A DNA stretch of 58,602 bases from Devosia sp. (GTDB lineage: Bacteria > Pseudomonadota > Alphaproteobacteria > Rhizobiales > Devosiaceae). The stretch is from NCBI GenBank assembly GCA_039808625.1, contig JBDHTK010000001.1, positions 1 to 58,602 on the forward strand, written 5' to 3'. Under the pieces are notes generated by a model. That model had not been told where the DNA came from. It searched no databases and saw only the letters and a program-made list of their open reading frames with translations. The position numbers and the translations under genes are program-made. This document shows positions 19,383 to 29,021 of the stretch, in pieces (position 1 is the stretch's first letter; every line of letters starts with the position of its first letter).

Positions 19383-20330
19383 ATGGCGGTCACCGCAGAC
19401 GCACGGGCCGGAGAGGCTGTCCCGCCAGGGGCGGCCATCGCGGCGCCGCCGCCGGTCGCCGTCAAGGGGCGCTCGCTGTGGCAGGATGCCGGCCGGCGCT
19501 TCATGCGCAACCGGGCGGCCGTCATCAGCCTTACCGTCCTCGTCCTCATCGTGCTGTTCACCTTCGTCGGCCCGCTCTTTGCGCAATGGACTATCGAGAA
19601 GGTGGACTGGAGCGTGCTCGGGGCGGTGCCGCAGAAAGGCTATCCGTCGATCGCCAACGGTCACTATTTCGGCACCGATTCGGTGGGCCGCGACCTCTAC
19701 TCGCGCACCATCCAGGGCATCCAGGTGTCGCTGACGGTGGGCGTGCTCGGCTCGGTCGTCGCCGTCATCGTCGGCACGCTCTACGGCGCCATCGCCGGCT
19801 ATTTCGGCGGCCGGCTCGACAGCGCCATGATGCGCCTGGTCGATATCCTCTATTCCATCCCCTACATGTTCATCCTCATCCTGCTGCTCATCATCTTCGG
19901 GCGCTCGTTCAACATGCTGTTCGTGGGCATCGGGCTGATCTCGTGGCTGGGCATGGCGCGCGTCGTGCGCGGGCAGACGCTGACCCTCAAGAACCGTGAG
20001 TTCGTCGAGGCGGCGGTGGCAACGGGCGTCAGGCCCATGACCATCGTGGTGCGGCACATCGTGCCCAACCTGCTCGGCATTGTCGCCGTCTATGCGACGC
20101 TGCTGATCCCCGAGATGATCCTCACCGAGTCGTTCATCTCGTTCCTCGGGCTGGGCGTGCAGGAGCCCTATACCTCGCTCGGCGTGCTCATCAACGAGGG
20201 CTCGCAGACGATGCAGTACGGCACGCTGTGGCAGCTCGGCTTCCCGCTCGCCTTCTTCGTCGTCATCCTGTTCACCTTCTTCTTCGTGGGCGACGGGCTG
20301 CGCGACGCGCTCGACCCCAAGGACCGCTGA
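19383..20330 (+). CDS. oppC: Oligopeptide ABC permease
   Basis: FGTDSVGRD, EFVEAA, GDGLRDALDPK. Confidence 0.9.
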   Translation: MAVTADARAGEAVPPGAAIAAPPPVAVKGRSLWQDAGRRFMRNRAAVISLTVLVLIVLFTFVGPLFAQWTIEKVDWSVLGAVPQKGYPSIANGHYFGTDSVGRDLYSRTIQGIQVSLTVGVLGSVVAVIVGTLYGAIAGYFGGRLDSAMMRLVDILYSIPYMFILILLLIIFGRSFNMLFVGIGLISWLGMARVVRGQTLTLKNREFVEAAVATGVRPMTIVVRHIVPNLLGIVAVYATLLIPEMILTESFISFLGLGVQEPYTSLGVLINEGSQTMQYGTLWQLGFPLAFFVVILFTFFFVGDGLRDALDPKDR

Positions 20331-20335
20331 TAGAC

Positions 20336-21319
20336 ATGGCGCTACTCGACGTTACCGATCTGAGCATCGGCTTCCACATGCCCGGCCGCGACGTGCAGGT
20401 CGTGGACAAGGTCAGCTTCTCGCTCGAGGAGGGCGAGACGCTCGCGATCGTCGGCGAAAGCGGCTCGGGCAAGACGCAGACGGCGTTCTCGCTGGTGGGG
20501 CTTTTGGCCGATAACGGCTATGCGTCGGGCAGCGTCAAGTTCGAGGGCAAGGAACTGCTCGGGCTGCGCGAGAGCGAGCTCAACAAGGTGCGCTCCGAAA
20601 AGATCGCGATGATCTTCCAGGACCCGATGACCTCGCTCAACCCCTATATCCGCATCATGGAGCAGCTGGTCGAGGTGCTGGTGCAGCACAAGGGCACGAG
20701 CCGCAAGGAGGCCGAGGCCGAGGCCATCCGCATGCTCGACGCGGTGAAGCTGCCCGACGCCGCCAATATCGCGCGGCGCTTTCCGCACGAGTGCTCGGGC
20801 GGCATGCGCCAGCGCATCATGATCGCCATGGCGCTGCTGTGCCGGCCGAAGCTCCTGATTGCCGACGAGCCGACGACGGCGCTCGACGTGACGGTCCAGG
20901 CGCAGATGCTGGAGCTGTTCAAGTCGCTGACCGCCGAGTTCGGCACGGCGCTGGTGCTGATCACGCACGATCTCGGCGTGGTCGCCGGCGTCGCTGACCG
21001 CATGATGGTGATGTATGGCGGTCGCGCCGTCGAACGCGGCACGACGGACGAGCTGTTCTACGATCCGCGTCATCCCTATACGTTGGGGCTCTTGCATTCG
21101 ACGCCGCATGTCGATGTGCGCGCCAGGCGCCTCGATCCGATCCAGGGGCTGCCGCCGAGCCTCGAGCACCTGCCGCGCGGTTGCTCCTTCCACCCGCGCT
21201 GCGCCTTCCGCTTCGAGCGCTGCTTTGCCGAGGTGCCGGCGCTGCGCGAGTTCGAGCCGGGGCGGGCCAAGGCCTGCCACTACGAGGGCAAGCTGGTCTA
21301 TGAGGAGGATGCGGCGTGA
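20336..21319 (+). CDS. oppD: Oligopeptide ABC ATPase
   Basis: [30 protein letters not shown]-terminal Cys cluster; ATG 20336. Confidence 0.9.
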   Translation: MALLDVTDLSIGFHMPGRDVQVVDKVSFSLEEGETLAIVGESGSGKTQTAFSLVGLLADNGYASGSVKFEGKELLGLRESELNKVRSEKIAMIFQDPMTSLNPYIRIMEQLVEVLVQHKGTSRKEAEAEAIRMLDAVKLPDAANIARRFPHECSGGMRQRIMIAMALLCRPKLLIADEPTTALDVTVQAQMLELFKSLTAEFGTALVLITHDLGVVAGVADRMMVMYGGRAVERGTTDELFYDPRHPYTLGLLHSTPHVDVRARRLDPIQGLPPSLEHLPRGCSFHPRCAFRFERCFAEVPALREFEPGRAKACHYEGKLVYEEDAA

Positions 21320-22344
21320 GCGCCACAGAGCCGGGCGAACTGCTTCGCGTCGACAACCTGAGCAAGACGTTCTCGATCAATGCGGGGATGTTCTCGAAGC
21401 CCCTGCAGCTCAAGGCGCTGCAGGACATCTCGTTTTCCATCCAGCGCGGCGAAACGCTCGGCATCGTGGGCGAGAGCGGCTGCGGGAAATCGACGCTGGG
21501 GCGCTGCATCCTGCAATTGCTGAAGCCCGACGAGGGGCGCGTCTTGTGGCTGGGCACCGACATCGCGGCGCTGCCCGGCGAGGAGATGCGCAAGCGCCGG
21601 CGCGAGTTGCAGATCATCTTCCAGGACCCGCAGGCCTCGCTCAATCCGCGCATGACGGTGGGCGAGATCGTCGCCGACCCGCTCAAGGCGCTGATGCCCG
21701 AGCTCAACGGCGCGCAGCGGCGAGCGCGCGTCATGGAGATGATGGAGGCGGTGGGCCTCCAGCCGGAGATGATCAACCGCTATCCGCACGAATTCTCGGG
21801 CGGGCAGGCGCAGCGCATCGGCATCGCGCGGGCGCTCATCACCGAGCCCAAGCTCATCGTGTGCGACGAGCCGGTGTCGGCGCTCGACGTGTCGATCCAG
21901 GCGCAGATCCTCAACCTGCTGAGCGAGCTCAAGGACCAGTTCGGGCTGACGCTGATCTTCATCTCGCACAATCTCAGCGTGGTGCGGCACGTCTCCGACC
22001 GCATCCTGGTGCTCTATCTTGGGCGCATCGTGGAATTGTCCACCGGCGACGCGCTCTATGAGGACGCCAAGCACCCCTACACCAAGGCGCTGCTGACGGC
22101 GGTGCCGATTCCCGACCCCAGGCGGGCGCGCCAGCGCACCATCGACGCGCTGACGGGCGAGATTCCCTCGCCGATCAACCAGCCCTCGGGTTGCACCTTC
22201 CGCACCCGCTGCCGCTACGCCATCGAGCTGTGCGCGCAGCAGCGGCCGCCGCTCGAGACGGTGGCGGAAGGCCGGCTGGTCGCCTGCCATCGCTGGCGGG
22301 AGATCGAGGAAATGACGCGGCAGGCAGCATCCCCCGCGGCCTGA
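21316..22344 (+). CDS. oppF: Oligopeptide ABC ATPase
   Basis: [36 protein letters not shown]. Confidence 0.9.
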   Translation: MSATEPGELLRVDNLSKTFSINAGMFSKPLQLKALQDISFSIQRGETLGIVGESGCGKSTLGRCILQLLKPDEGRVLWLGTDIAALPGEEMRKRRRELQIIFQDPQASLNPRMTVGEIVADPLKALMPELNGAQRRARVMEMMEAVGLQPEMINRYPHEFSGGQAQRIGIARALITEPKLIVCDEPVSALDVSIQAQILNLLSELKDQFGLTLIFISHNLSVVRHVSDRILVLYLGRIVELSTGDALYEDAKHPYTKALLTAVPIPDPRRARQRTIDALTGEIPSPINQPSGCTFRTRCRYAIELCAQQRPPLETVAEGRLVACHRWREIEEMTRQAASPAA

Positions 22345-22374
22345 GACTGCGCGGCGTCACGGCGCCGGAACGCG

Positions 22375-22403
22375 TTGACAGGGCGGCAGTTTGGCTCTAT
22401 TCG
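22375..22403 (+). promoter_or_regulatory. Probable sigma70 promoter of rpmJ
   Basis: Perfect TTGACA, 17-nt spacer, then TATTCG. Confidence 0.55.
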
Positions 22404-22458
22404 AACGGCCAACCAAGGGCGCGCGGCGCCTCTTTTTGTTCTGCCCAGAGGCGTGACG

Positions 22459-22584
22459 ATGAAGATCACCAACTCCCTCAAGGCCCTGATGGGCCGCCAT
22501 CGCGCCAACAAGCTGGTTCGCCGGCGCGGCCGCGTCTACATCATCAACAAGGTCGACAAGCGCTACAAGGCCCGCCAGGGCTGA
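22459..22584 (+). CDS. rpmJ: 50S ribosomal protein L36 (Zn-free type)
   Basis: [41 protein letters not shown], 41 aa. Confidence 0.95.
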   Translation: MKITNSLKALMGRHRANKLVRRRGRVYIINKVDKRYKARQG

Positions 22585-22608
22585 GCGCTGCGCGCGACCG
22601 ACGGTTTG

Positions 22609-22639
22609 AAAGGCCCGCCCCCCCCGAGGCGGGCCTTTT
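22609..22639. terminator. Rho-independent terminator, probably bidirectional
   Basis: AAAGGCCCGCC-8nt-GGCGGGCCTTTT between convergent rpmJ and the dipeptidase. Confidence 0.8.
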
Positions 22640-22644
22640 GCCGT

Positions 22645-24039
22645 TTACGCCGCCAGCGCCGCGAGGATGCGGATCCAGGAGCGGATGCCCTTGCGGAAGC
22701 TCGTGAGGTTGTACTTCTCGTTGGGCGAGTGGATGCGGTCGTCGCTCAGCGCGTAGCCGATGAGCAGCGTGTCGAGCCCGAGGATGCGCTTGAAGTCGCC
22801 GGCCACGGGAATCGAGCCGCCCGAGCCACGCAGCGCCGCCTCGTTGCCCCATTCGGCGGTCAGCGCGGCGCGGGCGCGCTGCAGATGGACGCCGTCGGTC
22901 GGCACGGAGATGGCGCGGCTGCCGCCATGGGCGCGGAAGGTGACCTCGCAGTCGGCCGGCACGCGCGCCCGTACATGGGCGCGGAACGCCGCGCGCACCT
23001 TGTCGGGGTCCATGTCGGCGACGAGGCGGAAGGAGATCTTGGCGCTCGCTCTGGCCGGGATGACGGTCTTGAAACCTTCGCCGGTATAGCCGCCGATCAT
23101 GCCGTTGATCTCGCAGGTGGGGCGAGAGGTGACCTGTTCGAGCACGGACCGGCCCTGTTCGCCGGCGGGGATCGACAGGCCGACGCCGCGCAGATAGGCG
23201 TCGCCGTCGAAGCCGAGCCTCGCCCAGCTCTCGCGGGTCACTTCATCCAATTCGGCGACATCGTCGTAGAAGCCGGCGACGGCCACCGAGCCGTCGGGGT
23301 TGCGCAGGCTGGCGATGATGTCGGCGAGCACCTGGTTGGGGTTGCGCGCGGCGTTGCCGAACATGCCCGAATGCAGGTCCATGTCGGCGGCGGTGATCTC
23401 CACCTCTTCGCCGACGAGGCCGCGCAGCATGGTGGTGATCGCCGGCGTGGCAGGGTTGAGCAGGTCGGTGTCGCAGACCAGCGCGATGTCGGCGGCGAGC
23501 TCCGCCCTGGTCGCCGTGAGGAAGGCCGCGAGGTTGGTCGAGCCTGATTCCTCTTCGCCCTCGAGGCAGAGCTTGACGTTGACGGGCAGCCCCCCGGTGG
23601 TGGCGCGCAGGGCCCGGCAGGCCTCGACGAAGGTCAGGAGCTGGCCCTTGTCGTCCGAGGTGCCGCGGCCGACGAGATGGGTCTCGCCATCGGGCTGGAC
23701 GACCGGAGTGAGGGTAAACGGGTCGGAGGTCCACAATTCGATGGGGTCGACCGGCTGCACGTCGTAATGGGCGTAGAACAGGGCCGTGGGCCCCTCCACC
23801 TTCGGCGCCTCGGCGACGACGACCGGATGGCCGGGGGTGGGGCGTGCGGCGGCGCTGAACCCCTCGGCGGCGAGCTCGGCGACGAGCCAGTCGGCGGCGC
23901 GCCGGCACTCCGCGGCATAGGCCGGATCGGTGGAGACGGACTTGATGGCGATCAGCGTCTTCAGCCGTGCGAGGCTGTCGTCGACATGGGCGTCGGCATA
24001 GGCGAGGGCGGCGTCGATCTGGGCGGGCGAAAGGGGCAT
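22645..24039 (-). CDS. M20/M25/M40 family metallo-dipeptidase
   Basis: YAHYDVQP, GRGTSDDKGQ, EGEEESGS, DLHSG, IHSPNE. Confidence 0.9.
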   Translation of the reverse strand: MPLSPAQIDAALAYADAHVDDSLARLKTLIAIKSVSTDPAYAAECRRAADWLVAELAAEGFSAAARPTPGHPVVVAEAPKVEGPTALFYAHYDVQPVDPIELWTSDPFTLTPVVQPDGETHLVGRGTSDDKGQLLTFVEACRALRATTGGLPVNVKLCLEGEEESGSTNLAAFLTATRAELAADIALVCDTDLLNPATPAITTMLRGLVGEEVEITAADMDLHSGMFGNAARNPNQVLADIIASLRNPDGSVAVAGFYDDVAELDEVTRESWARLGFDGDAYLRGVGLSIPAGEQGRSVLEQVTSRPTCEINGMIGGYTGEGFKTVIPARASAKISFRLVADMDPDKVRAAFRAHVRARVPADCEVTFRAHGGSRAISVPTDGVHLQRARAALTAEWGNEAALRGSGGSIPVAGDFKRILGLDTLLIGYALSDDRIHSPNEKYNLTSFRKGIRSWIRILAALAA

Positions 24040-24094
24040 GGCGGATATCCAAAGCTGCGGTTGGCAAGCGGCTTAGCGCCCCCGCCGGGCGGCG

Positions 24095-24119
24095 GCAACC
24101 ATCGGCGCCAGCATTCGTT
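24095..24119 (+). promoter_or_regulatory. Candidate EcfG/sigmaT promoter
   Basis: GCAAC-N16-CGTT just upstream of the small secreted protein gene. Confidence 0.45.
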
Positions 24120-24151
24120 CTTCTGCGGGCCATCGGTTCATGGAGGTGGAA

Positions 24152-24583
24152 ATGCAAAGGACAGCGGTTCTGACGCTCGTGATGCTGGCGGCGCTGGCGC
24201 CAGGCGCGGTGACGGCGCAGGCGGACAGCCCCGGCCTCAGCCTGTCGCTCGACGCCACTGCCGCGCCGCTCACCTACGCGCAGTTGCTGGCCGACATGGC
24301 GCAGCCCGACGTGGCGCCGGCGCTGGCGGCCATCGGCGCGGTGACGGCCGACACGGAGGTGCGCTTCGCCACGGCCTCGTCGCTGGCGGGCAGCCCCGAC
24401 GCCAACGATTCGGCGCTGGCCAGGATCAACGCCGGCTCGGCGCGGCTCGATGCGCTGCGGGCGGCGGTCACGGCCAATGCGGCGCTCATGGCGAAGCTCG
24501 GCGCGGCCGGCTACGAGGCGGCCGACGTGCTGGCCGTGCAGCCGGACGCCGAGGGCGCGCTGGTCGTCTACGTCGAGGGCTAG
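24152..24583 (+). CDS. Hypothetical exported protein
   Basis: Signal-peptide-like MQRTAVLTLVMLAALAPGAVTAQA; GGAGG precedes ATG 24152 (alternative 24140); stop overlaps the pyk stop at CTAG. Confidence 0.7.
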   Translation: MQRTAVLTLVMLAALAPGAVTAQADSPGLSLSLDATAAPLTYAQLLADMAQPDVAPALAAIGAVTADTEVRFATASSLAGSPDANDSALARINAGSARLDALRAAVTANAALMAKLGAAGYEAADVLAVQPDAEGALVVYVEG

Positions 24584-26016
24584 CTGCTGCCGGCGCCGTC
24601 CTGGCGCACGAAGGCGATGCGCAGCATGTTGGTGGCGCCGGGCGTGCCGAGCGGAATGCCGGCGGTGATGGCGATGCGGTCGCCGGGGCGGGCGAGGCCC
24701 TCCTGATAGGCGATGATGCAGGCGCGATCGACCATGTCGTCGAGATCGACGGCATCCTGCGAATAGACGCAGTGCACGCCCCACACGATCGACAGCCGAC
24801 GGGCCGTGCGGTGGTTGGGGCTGAGCGCCAGGATCGGCTTGCTCGGCCGCTCGCGGGCGGCGCGGATGGCCGTCGAGCCGGAGCTCGTATAGGTGACGAT
24901 GGCGGCGAGATCGAGGGTTTCGGCGACCTGGCGGGTGGCGGCGGAGATGGCGTCGGCGGCGGTGGCCTCGGGCTCGGCCGCCTGGGCGCGGATGATGCCG
25001 CGATAGTTGACGTCGCCCTCGACGGCCATCGCCACCTTGTTCATCATGGCCACGGCCTCGACCGGGTACTGGCCCGAGGCGCTCTCGGCCGAGAGCATGA
25101 TGGCGTCGGCGCCCTCGAAGACGGCGATGGAGACGTCGGAGACCTCGGCGCGGGTGGGCACCGGCGAGGCGATCATGCTTTCGAGCATCTGCGTCGCCAC
25201 CACCACCGGCTTGCCATAGCGGCGGGCGATGCGGATCATGCGCTTTTGCAGCGCCGGCACCTGCTCGAGGGGCATTTCGACGCCGAGGTCGCCACGCGCG
25301 ATCATGAAGGCGTCGCACAGCTTGATGATTTCCTCGAGCCGCTCGACCGCCTGCGGCTTTTCGATCTTGGCCATGACGCCGGCGCGGCCCTGCACGATCT
25401 TGCGCACGTCGATGATGTCTTCGGGGCGCTGCACGAAGCTGAGCGCGATCCAGTCGGCCTCGGCCTCGAGGCCCTTGAGCAGGTCCTCATGATCCTTCTC
25501 GGTGAGGGCGCCGACCGGCAGCAGCGTGTCGGGCAGGCTGACGCCCTTGCGGTCGGAGAGGCGGCCGCCATAGATCACCTCGGTCTCGATCGCGCCGCCG
25601 CCGACACGGGTGGCCTTGAGCTGCAGCTTGCCGTCGTCGAGCAGCAGGCGATCGCCCACCGAGACGCTCTCGATGATCTCGGGATGGGGCAGGAAGACGC
25701 GTCTGGCGGTGCCGGGCGCATCGACGCTGTCGAGGGTGAAGGTGGTGCCGGCCGCCAGTTCCACCGCACCGTCGGCGAAGCGGCCGACGCGCAGCTTGGG
25801 GCCCTGCAGGTCGACGAGGATGCCGAGCGGATGGGCGAGGCGCTTCTCGACGGCACGGATCCTCGCCACCGTCTCGCGCAGCACCTCGTGGCTGGCGTGG
25901 CTCATATTGATGCGGAACACGTCGGCGCCGGCGCGGGCGAGCGCCTCGATGATCTTCTCGCTGTCGGAAGCGGGGCCGAGGGTGGCGAGAATCTTCACAC
26001 GGCGCAAACGTCTCAT
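24580..26016 (-). CDS. pyk: Pyruvate kinase
   Basis: KILATLGPAS, RINMSH, DLQGPKLR, AKIEK, ARGDLGVE, ATQMLESM, PTRAE. Confidence 0.96.
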   Translation of the reverse strand: MRRLRRVKILATLGPASDSEKIIEALARAGADVFRINMSHASHEVLRETVARIRAVEKRLAHPLGILVDLQGPKLRVGRFADGAVELAAGTTFTLDSVDAPGTARRVFLPHPEIIESVSVGDRLLLDDGKLQLKATRVGGGAIETEVIYGGRLSDRKGVSLPDTLLPVGALTEKDHEDLLKGLEAEADWIALSFVQRPEDIIDVRKIVQGRAGVMAKIEKPQAVERLEEIIKLCDAFMIARGDLGVEMPLEQVPALQKRMIRIARRYGKPVVVATQMLESMIASPVPTRAEVSDVSIAVFEGADAIMLSAESASGQYPVEAVAMMNKVAMAVEGDVNYRGIIRAQAAEPEATAADAISAATRQVAETLDLAAIVTYTSSGSTAIRAARERPSKPILALSPNHRTARRLSIVWGVHCVYSQDAVDLDDMVDRACIIAYQEGLARPGDRIAITAGIPLGTPGATNMLRIAFVRQDGAGSS

Positions 26017-26044
26017 GGGTGCCCCCTGCGGCCAGGTCCTGTCG

Positions 26045-26551
26045 TCAGTCGAGGGCCGGGGCGTCGTCGAGCGGCGGCTCGTCGCCGGTATCCGGTCCGC
26101 CTGTGTCGTTATTGACCGGGTCACGCAATTGCAAGGTCCAGTCGGTGCGGTTCTGCGTGTCGACCTCGAAAAAGCCCGTGCGCTCGTAGCCGCGGGCGAG
26201 GCAGTCCTCGACGCCGAAAATGGTGAAGCTCTCGTCGCGCGTGCACATGAAGCGGTCGCCGTCCCAGGCGCCGCCGCCGATGTCGTCGGCGACGTAGAGG
26301 TAGAAGAAGCGCGAATGCAGGTCGCCCTGGTAGAGCACGGCGCAGTCGCCGGCGGGGGCAACCCACCAGCCCTCGGACTGCCACCCCTTGTCGGCGCGGT
26401 AGCCGAGCGCGATGGAAACCTGGTTGGCGCTCTGGTTGCACACGCGCAGGTCGGCGCGGGCCGGCGCGGCCGAGGCCGCCAGGGCCGCAAGGACAAGGCC
26501 GGCGAGCAGCAGGGCGGGGCGGGGCGGGTGCAAGGCGGTGCCGGGGATCAT
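26045..26551 (-). CDS. DUF1036 family exported protein
   Basis: Signal peptide then DLRVCN...WQSEGWW...C...DCLARG...FFEVDT; typical position upstream of pyk. Confidence 0.8.
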   Translation of the reverse strand: MIPGTALHPPRPALLLAGLVLAALAASAAPARADLRVCNQSANQVSIALGYRADKGWQSEGWWVAPAGDCAVLYQGDLHSRFFYLYVADDIGGGAWDGDRFMCTRDESFTIFGVEDCLARGYERTGFFEVDTQNRTDWTLQLRDPVNNDTGGPDTGDEPPLDDAPALD

Positions 26552-26703
26552 GACGGTGCCTTTTTGAACGCGGGGACGGAAGCGAAGTCAATCGCTAATC
26601 AGCGGTTTTGGCGGAAATGGGGGAAGGCATGTGGATTGCGGCGCGAAGGGCTTGAACCGGGCGCGCCGAGGGGGTTGATGGCAGGCCAAGCGAGGTATCC
26701 GAC

Positions 26704-26988
26704 ATGGCCAGACAGCCCACCGTTTCCACCGACAGCGTCGCGCAGGACCAGTTGCGCGCCTTCATCGAGCGCATCGAGCGCATGGAGGAGGAAAAGAAGG
26801 CCATCGCCGACGACATCAAGGAAGTCTACGCCGAGGCGAAGGGCAACGGCTTCGACACCAAGGTGCTGCGCCAGATCGTGCGCATCCGCAAGCAGGACCA
26901 TGCCGAGCGCATGGAGCAGGAGGCGCTGCTCGAGCTCTACATGGCTGCCCTCGGCATGAGCGCCGCACCGGCCAACGACGACGACTAG
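26704..26988 (+). CDS. gapR: GapR/DUF2312 nucleoid-associated protein
   Basis: [36 protein letters not shown]. Confidence 0.9.
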   Translation: MARQPTVSTDSVAQDQLRAFIERIERMEEEKKAIADDIKEVYAEAKGNGFDTKVLRQIVRIRKQDHAERMEQEALLELYMAALGMSAAPANDDD

Positions 26989-26998
26989 AGCGGCGATC
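26985..26998 (+). repeat. Direct repeat, left copy (candidate island boundary)
   Basis: CTAGAGCGGCGATC, 13/14 identical to 46727-46740. Confidence 0.55.
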
Positions 26999-27723
26999 TA
27001 TCTATCGTCGTCCGGATCCGTGGCGAGCCACTGTTCGCTGGTGATGACGATCGATCTGAGGCCGAGCTTGAGGATGCCGTTGCGCTGCATCTCGCCAAGG
27101 ATGGTGGTGACGGTCTGGCGGCTCAACTCGCTCAGGCGGCTGATCTCCTCGTGCGTGATGCGGATCACCGGAGCGTGCGCGCCCGCCTCTGTCGCTGCCG
27201 CCTTCGCGAGCTGCCGCATCATGTAGGATACGCGCGCATAGGCCGACGTGCCGCGCAGATCGTAGCGCATGCCGGCGAAGCGGGTTTCACGATAGACGGC
27301 GCTGGCAAGGGCGGCGAGCATCGTGTGCGGCCTTTTCGCCAGCGTGTCGAGGAAATCGCCGGTGCGCGCCTGCCACAGGCGTGCGTCCTGCAACACGGTG
27401 GCCTGGCGCGAGCGTGGCTCGCCCAGAAGCCCCTCGGCCCAGCCGAAATGCTCGCCGGCCCCCCGGATCGACGTGGTGACTTCGCGTCCCTGACGGTTCA
27501 CCCCCGAGATTTCGATCAGCCCCGACTCGATGGCAAACACCGTGTCGCTCGGCATATCCTGCTGGAAGACGATCGCGCGGCGCGGATGGAAATGGAGCGT
27601 TCCATTCTCCTTAATCACCTCGCAGACTTCCAGGCGCCACCCGTCGATGCCGAGCTTTTGTATCGAATCCACCAATGGTGACACCAAATCCGATGCTCCC
27701 GCTTGCCGCATTCTCTGGTGCAC
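26998..27723 (-). CDS. Crp/Fnr family transcriptional regulator
   Basis: cNMP-like beta-roll (IESGLIEI, GEHFGW...PRS) and HTH ITHEEISRLSELSRQTVT; start uncertain (GTG 27723 or ATG 27711). Confidence 0.85.
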   Translation of the reverse strand: MHQRMRQAGASDLVSPLVDSIQKLGIDGWRLEVCEVIKENGTLHFHPRRAIVFQQDMPSDTVFAIESGLIEISGVNRQGREVTTSIRGAGEHFGWAEGLLGEPRSRQATVLQDARLWQARTGDFLDTLAKRPHTMLAALASAVYRETRFAGMRYDLRGTSAYARVSYMMRQLAKAAATEAGAHAPVIRITHEEISRLSELSRQTVTTILGEMQRNGILKLGLRSIVITSEQWLATDPDDDR

Positions 27724-27793
27724 GCCTTTCGGTGGAGCGAGCGCATAGCGCGACGCCCTGCTGTGCCATCATGCAGCGATGGCGGCGTCGAGT

Positions 27794-27836
27794 TGTCGTG
27801 CAGGCGACCGAAAGCGACAAATCACTGCACCATTAT
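27794..27836 (+). promoter_or_regulatory. Crp-family site plus -10 (class II geometry)
   Basis: TGTCG-N6-CGACC (27794-27809), centre 27801.5; -10 CATTAT at 27831-27836 places the site at -41.5. Confidence 0.6.
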
Positions 27837-27871
27837 GGCTACGTCATCAAGGTGTACGGGCAAGGGCGGCA

Positions 27872-29005
27872 ATGAAGATCTCGCGCATCGAAACGCATCG
27901 GTTCTGGGCTCGCTGGAAGAACTGGATGTTCGTCAAGCTGGAGACGGATGACGGGCTCTACGGCTGGGGAGAAGCGTCTCTCGCCGGGCCCATCGATGCC
28001 GTCGAGCGCACCGTTCACGAGCTCGCCGAGGTGCTGATCGGGCGCGATCCGGGGGGCGTCGAGCGCCACTGGCAGGCGATGTATCACGCCTGGCGCTGGC
28101 GCAACGGGCCGATCTTCTGCACGGCGCAGTCGGCTCTCGACATTGCGCTGTGGGACCTCGAGGGCAAGCGGCTGGGCGTGCCGGTCTATCGGCTGCTCGG
28201 CGGGCCCTATCACGAGCGCATCCGGGCCTATGCGAGCCACTGGCTGGCCGGCGCCAACACGCCCCAGGAGGCCCATGACGGCGCCCAGGAGGCGGTGCGC
28301 CGCGGCTTCACCGCGTTCAAGTGGAACCCGTTCGCGGCCATCTCCGCCGGCGCCCCCGAGTACGAAACCATCCTCCGCGACACGGCGCTGATGGAAGCAG
28401 CGCGGGCGGGGGCCGGCGATCTCGTGGACATCTATTGCGACATCGGCGAACGCCTCTCGGTACGCACGGCGCTGCTCGCGGCCAAGAGCTTCGCGCCCTT
28501 CCGGCCGGGCTTTTTCGAGGAGCCGATCCCCTATGAAAATCCACGTGTCATGATCGAGCTCAAGAAGCAACTCGGGCTGCCGCTGGCCACGGGCGAGCAC
28601 TATCTCAACCGCTGGGAGTTCCGCGAACTCGTCGAGGGCGGCGGCGCCGACATCCTGCAGCCCGACCTCTGCCATGGCGGCGGCATCACCGAGGCCAAGC
28701 GTCTCGCCGCCTATGCCGACATGCACTACATCGCGCTGGCGCCGCACAACTCCGCCGGCCCGATCGGCACGCTCGCCAGCCTGCACCTGCTGGCGTCGAT
28801 CCCCAACGCCTACATCCTTGAGCAGATGGAGGCCGACCGGGTGCTGCGCGACTCGATCTGCACGACGCCGCCGGTGCTCGAAAACGGCCACTACCTGCTG
28901 CCGACCGAGCCGGGCCTCGGGACCGATCTCGACTTCGCCGCCATCGAAGGACAGCAAACACGCAGCCAGCCGACCCGCTATTCGACGCGGTCGGTGTGGC
29001 ACTAG
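27872..29005 (+). CDS. Mandelate racemase/muconate lactonizing enzyme family, DgoD-like acid-sugar dehydratase
   Basis: GWGEA, DIALWDLEGK, FKWN, metal ligands D/EEP/TGE, QPD, APHN, PGLG. Confidence 0.85.
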   Translation: MKISRIETHRFWARWKNWMFVKLETDDGLYGWGEASLAGPIDAVERTVHELAEVLIGRDPGGVERHWQAMYHAWRWRNGPIFCTAQSALDIALWDLEGKRLGVPVYRLLGGPYHERIRAYASHWLAGANTPQEAHDGAQEAVRRGFTAFKWNPFAAISAGAPEYETILRDTALMEAARAGAGDLVDIYCDIGERLSVRTALLAAKSFAPFRPGFFEEPIPYENPRVMIELKKQLGLPLATGEHYLNRWEFRELVEGGGADILQPDLCHGGGITEAKRLAAYADMHYIALAPHNSAGPIGTLASLHLLASIPNAYILEQMEADRVLRDSICTTPPVLENGHYLLPTEPGLGTDLDFAAIEGQQTRSQPTRYSTRSVWH

Positions 29006-29021
29006 ACAAGCGGAGGCGCAG

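Noticed and set aside
22459-22584. Zinc-free L36 as a zinc-starvation paralogue
   Set aside because: The Cys-free form is the normal L36 in Alphaproteobacteria; no Zur box or L31 paralogue adjacent.
20336-24039. C-terminal AA on OppD, OppF and the dipeptidase (also the EAL protein) as ClpXP degrons
   Set aside because: Ala-rich proteome makes terminal AA common; not informative without other support.
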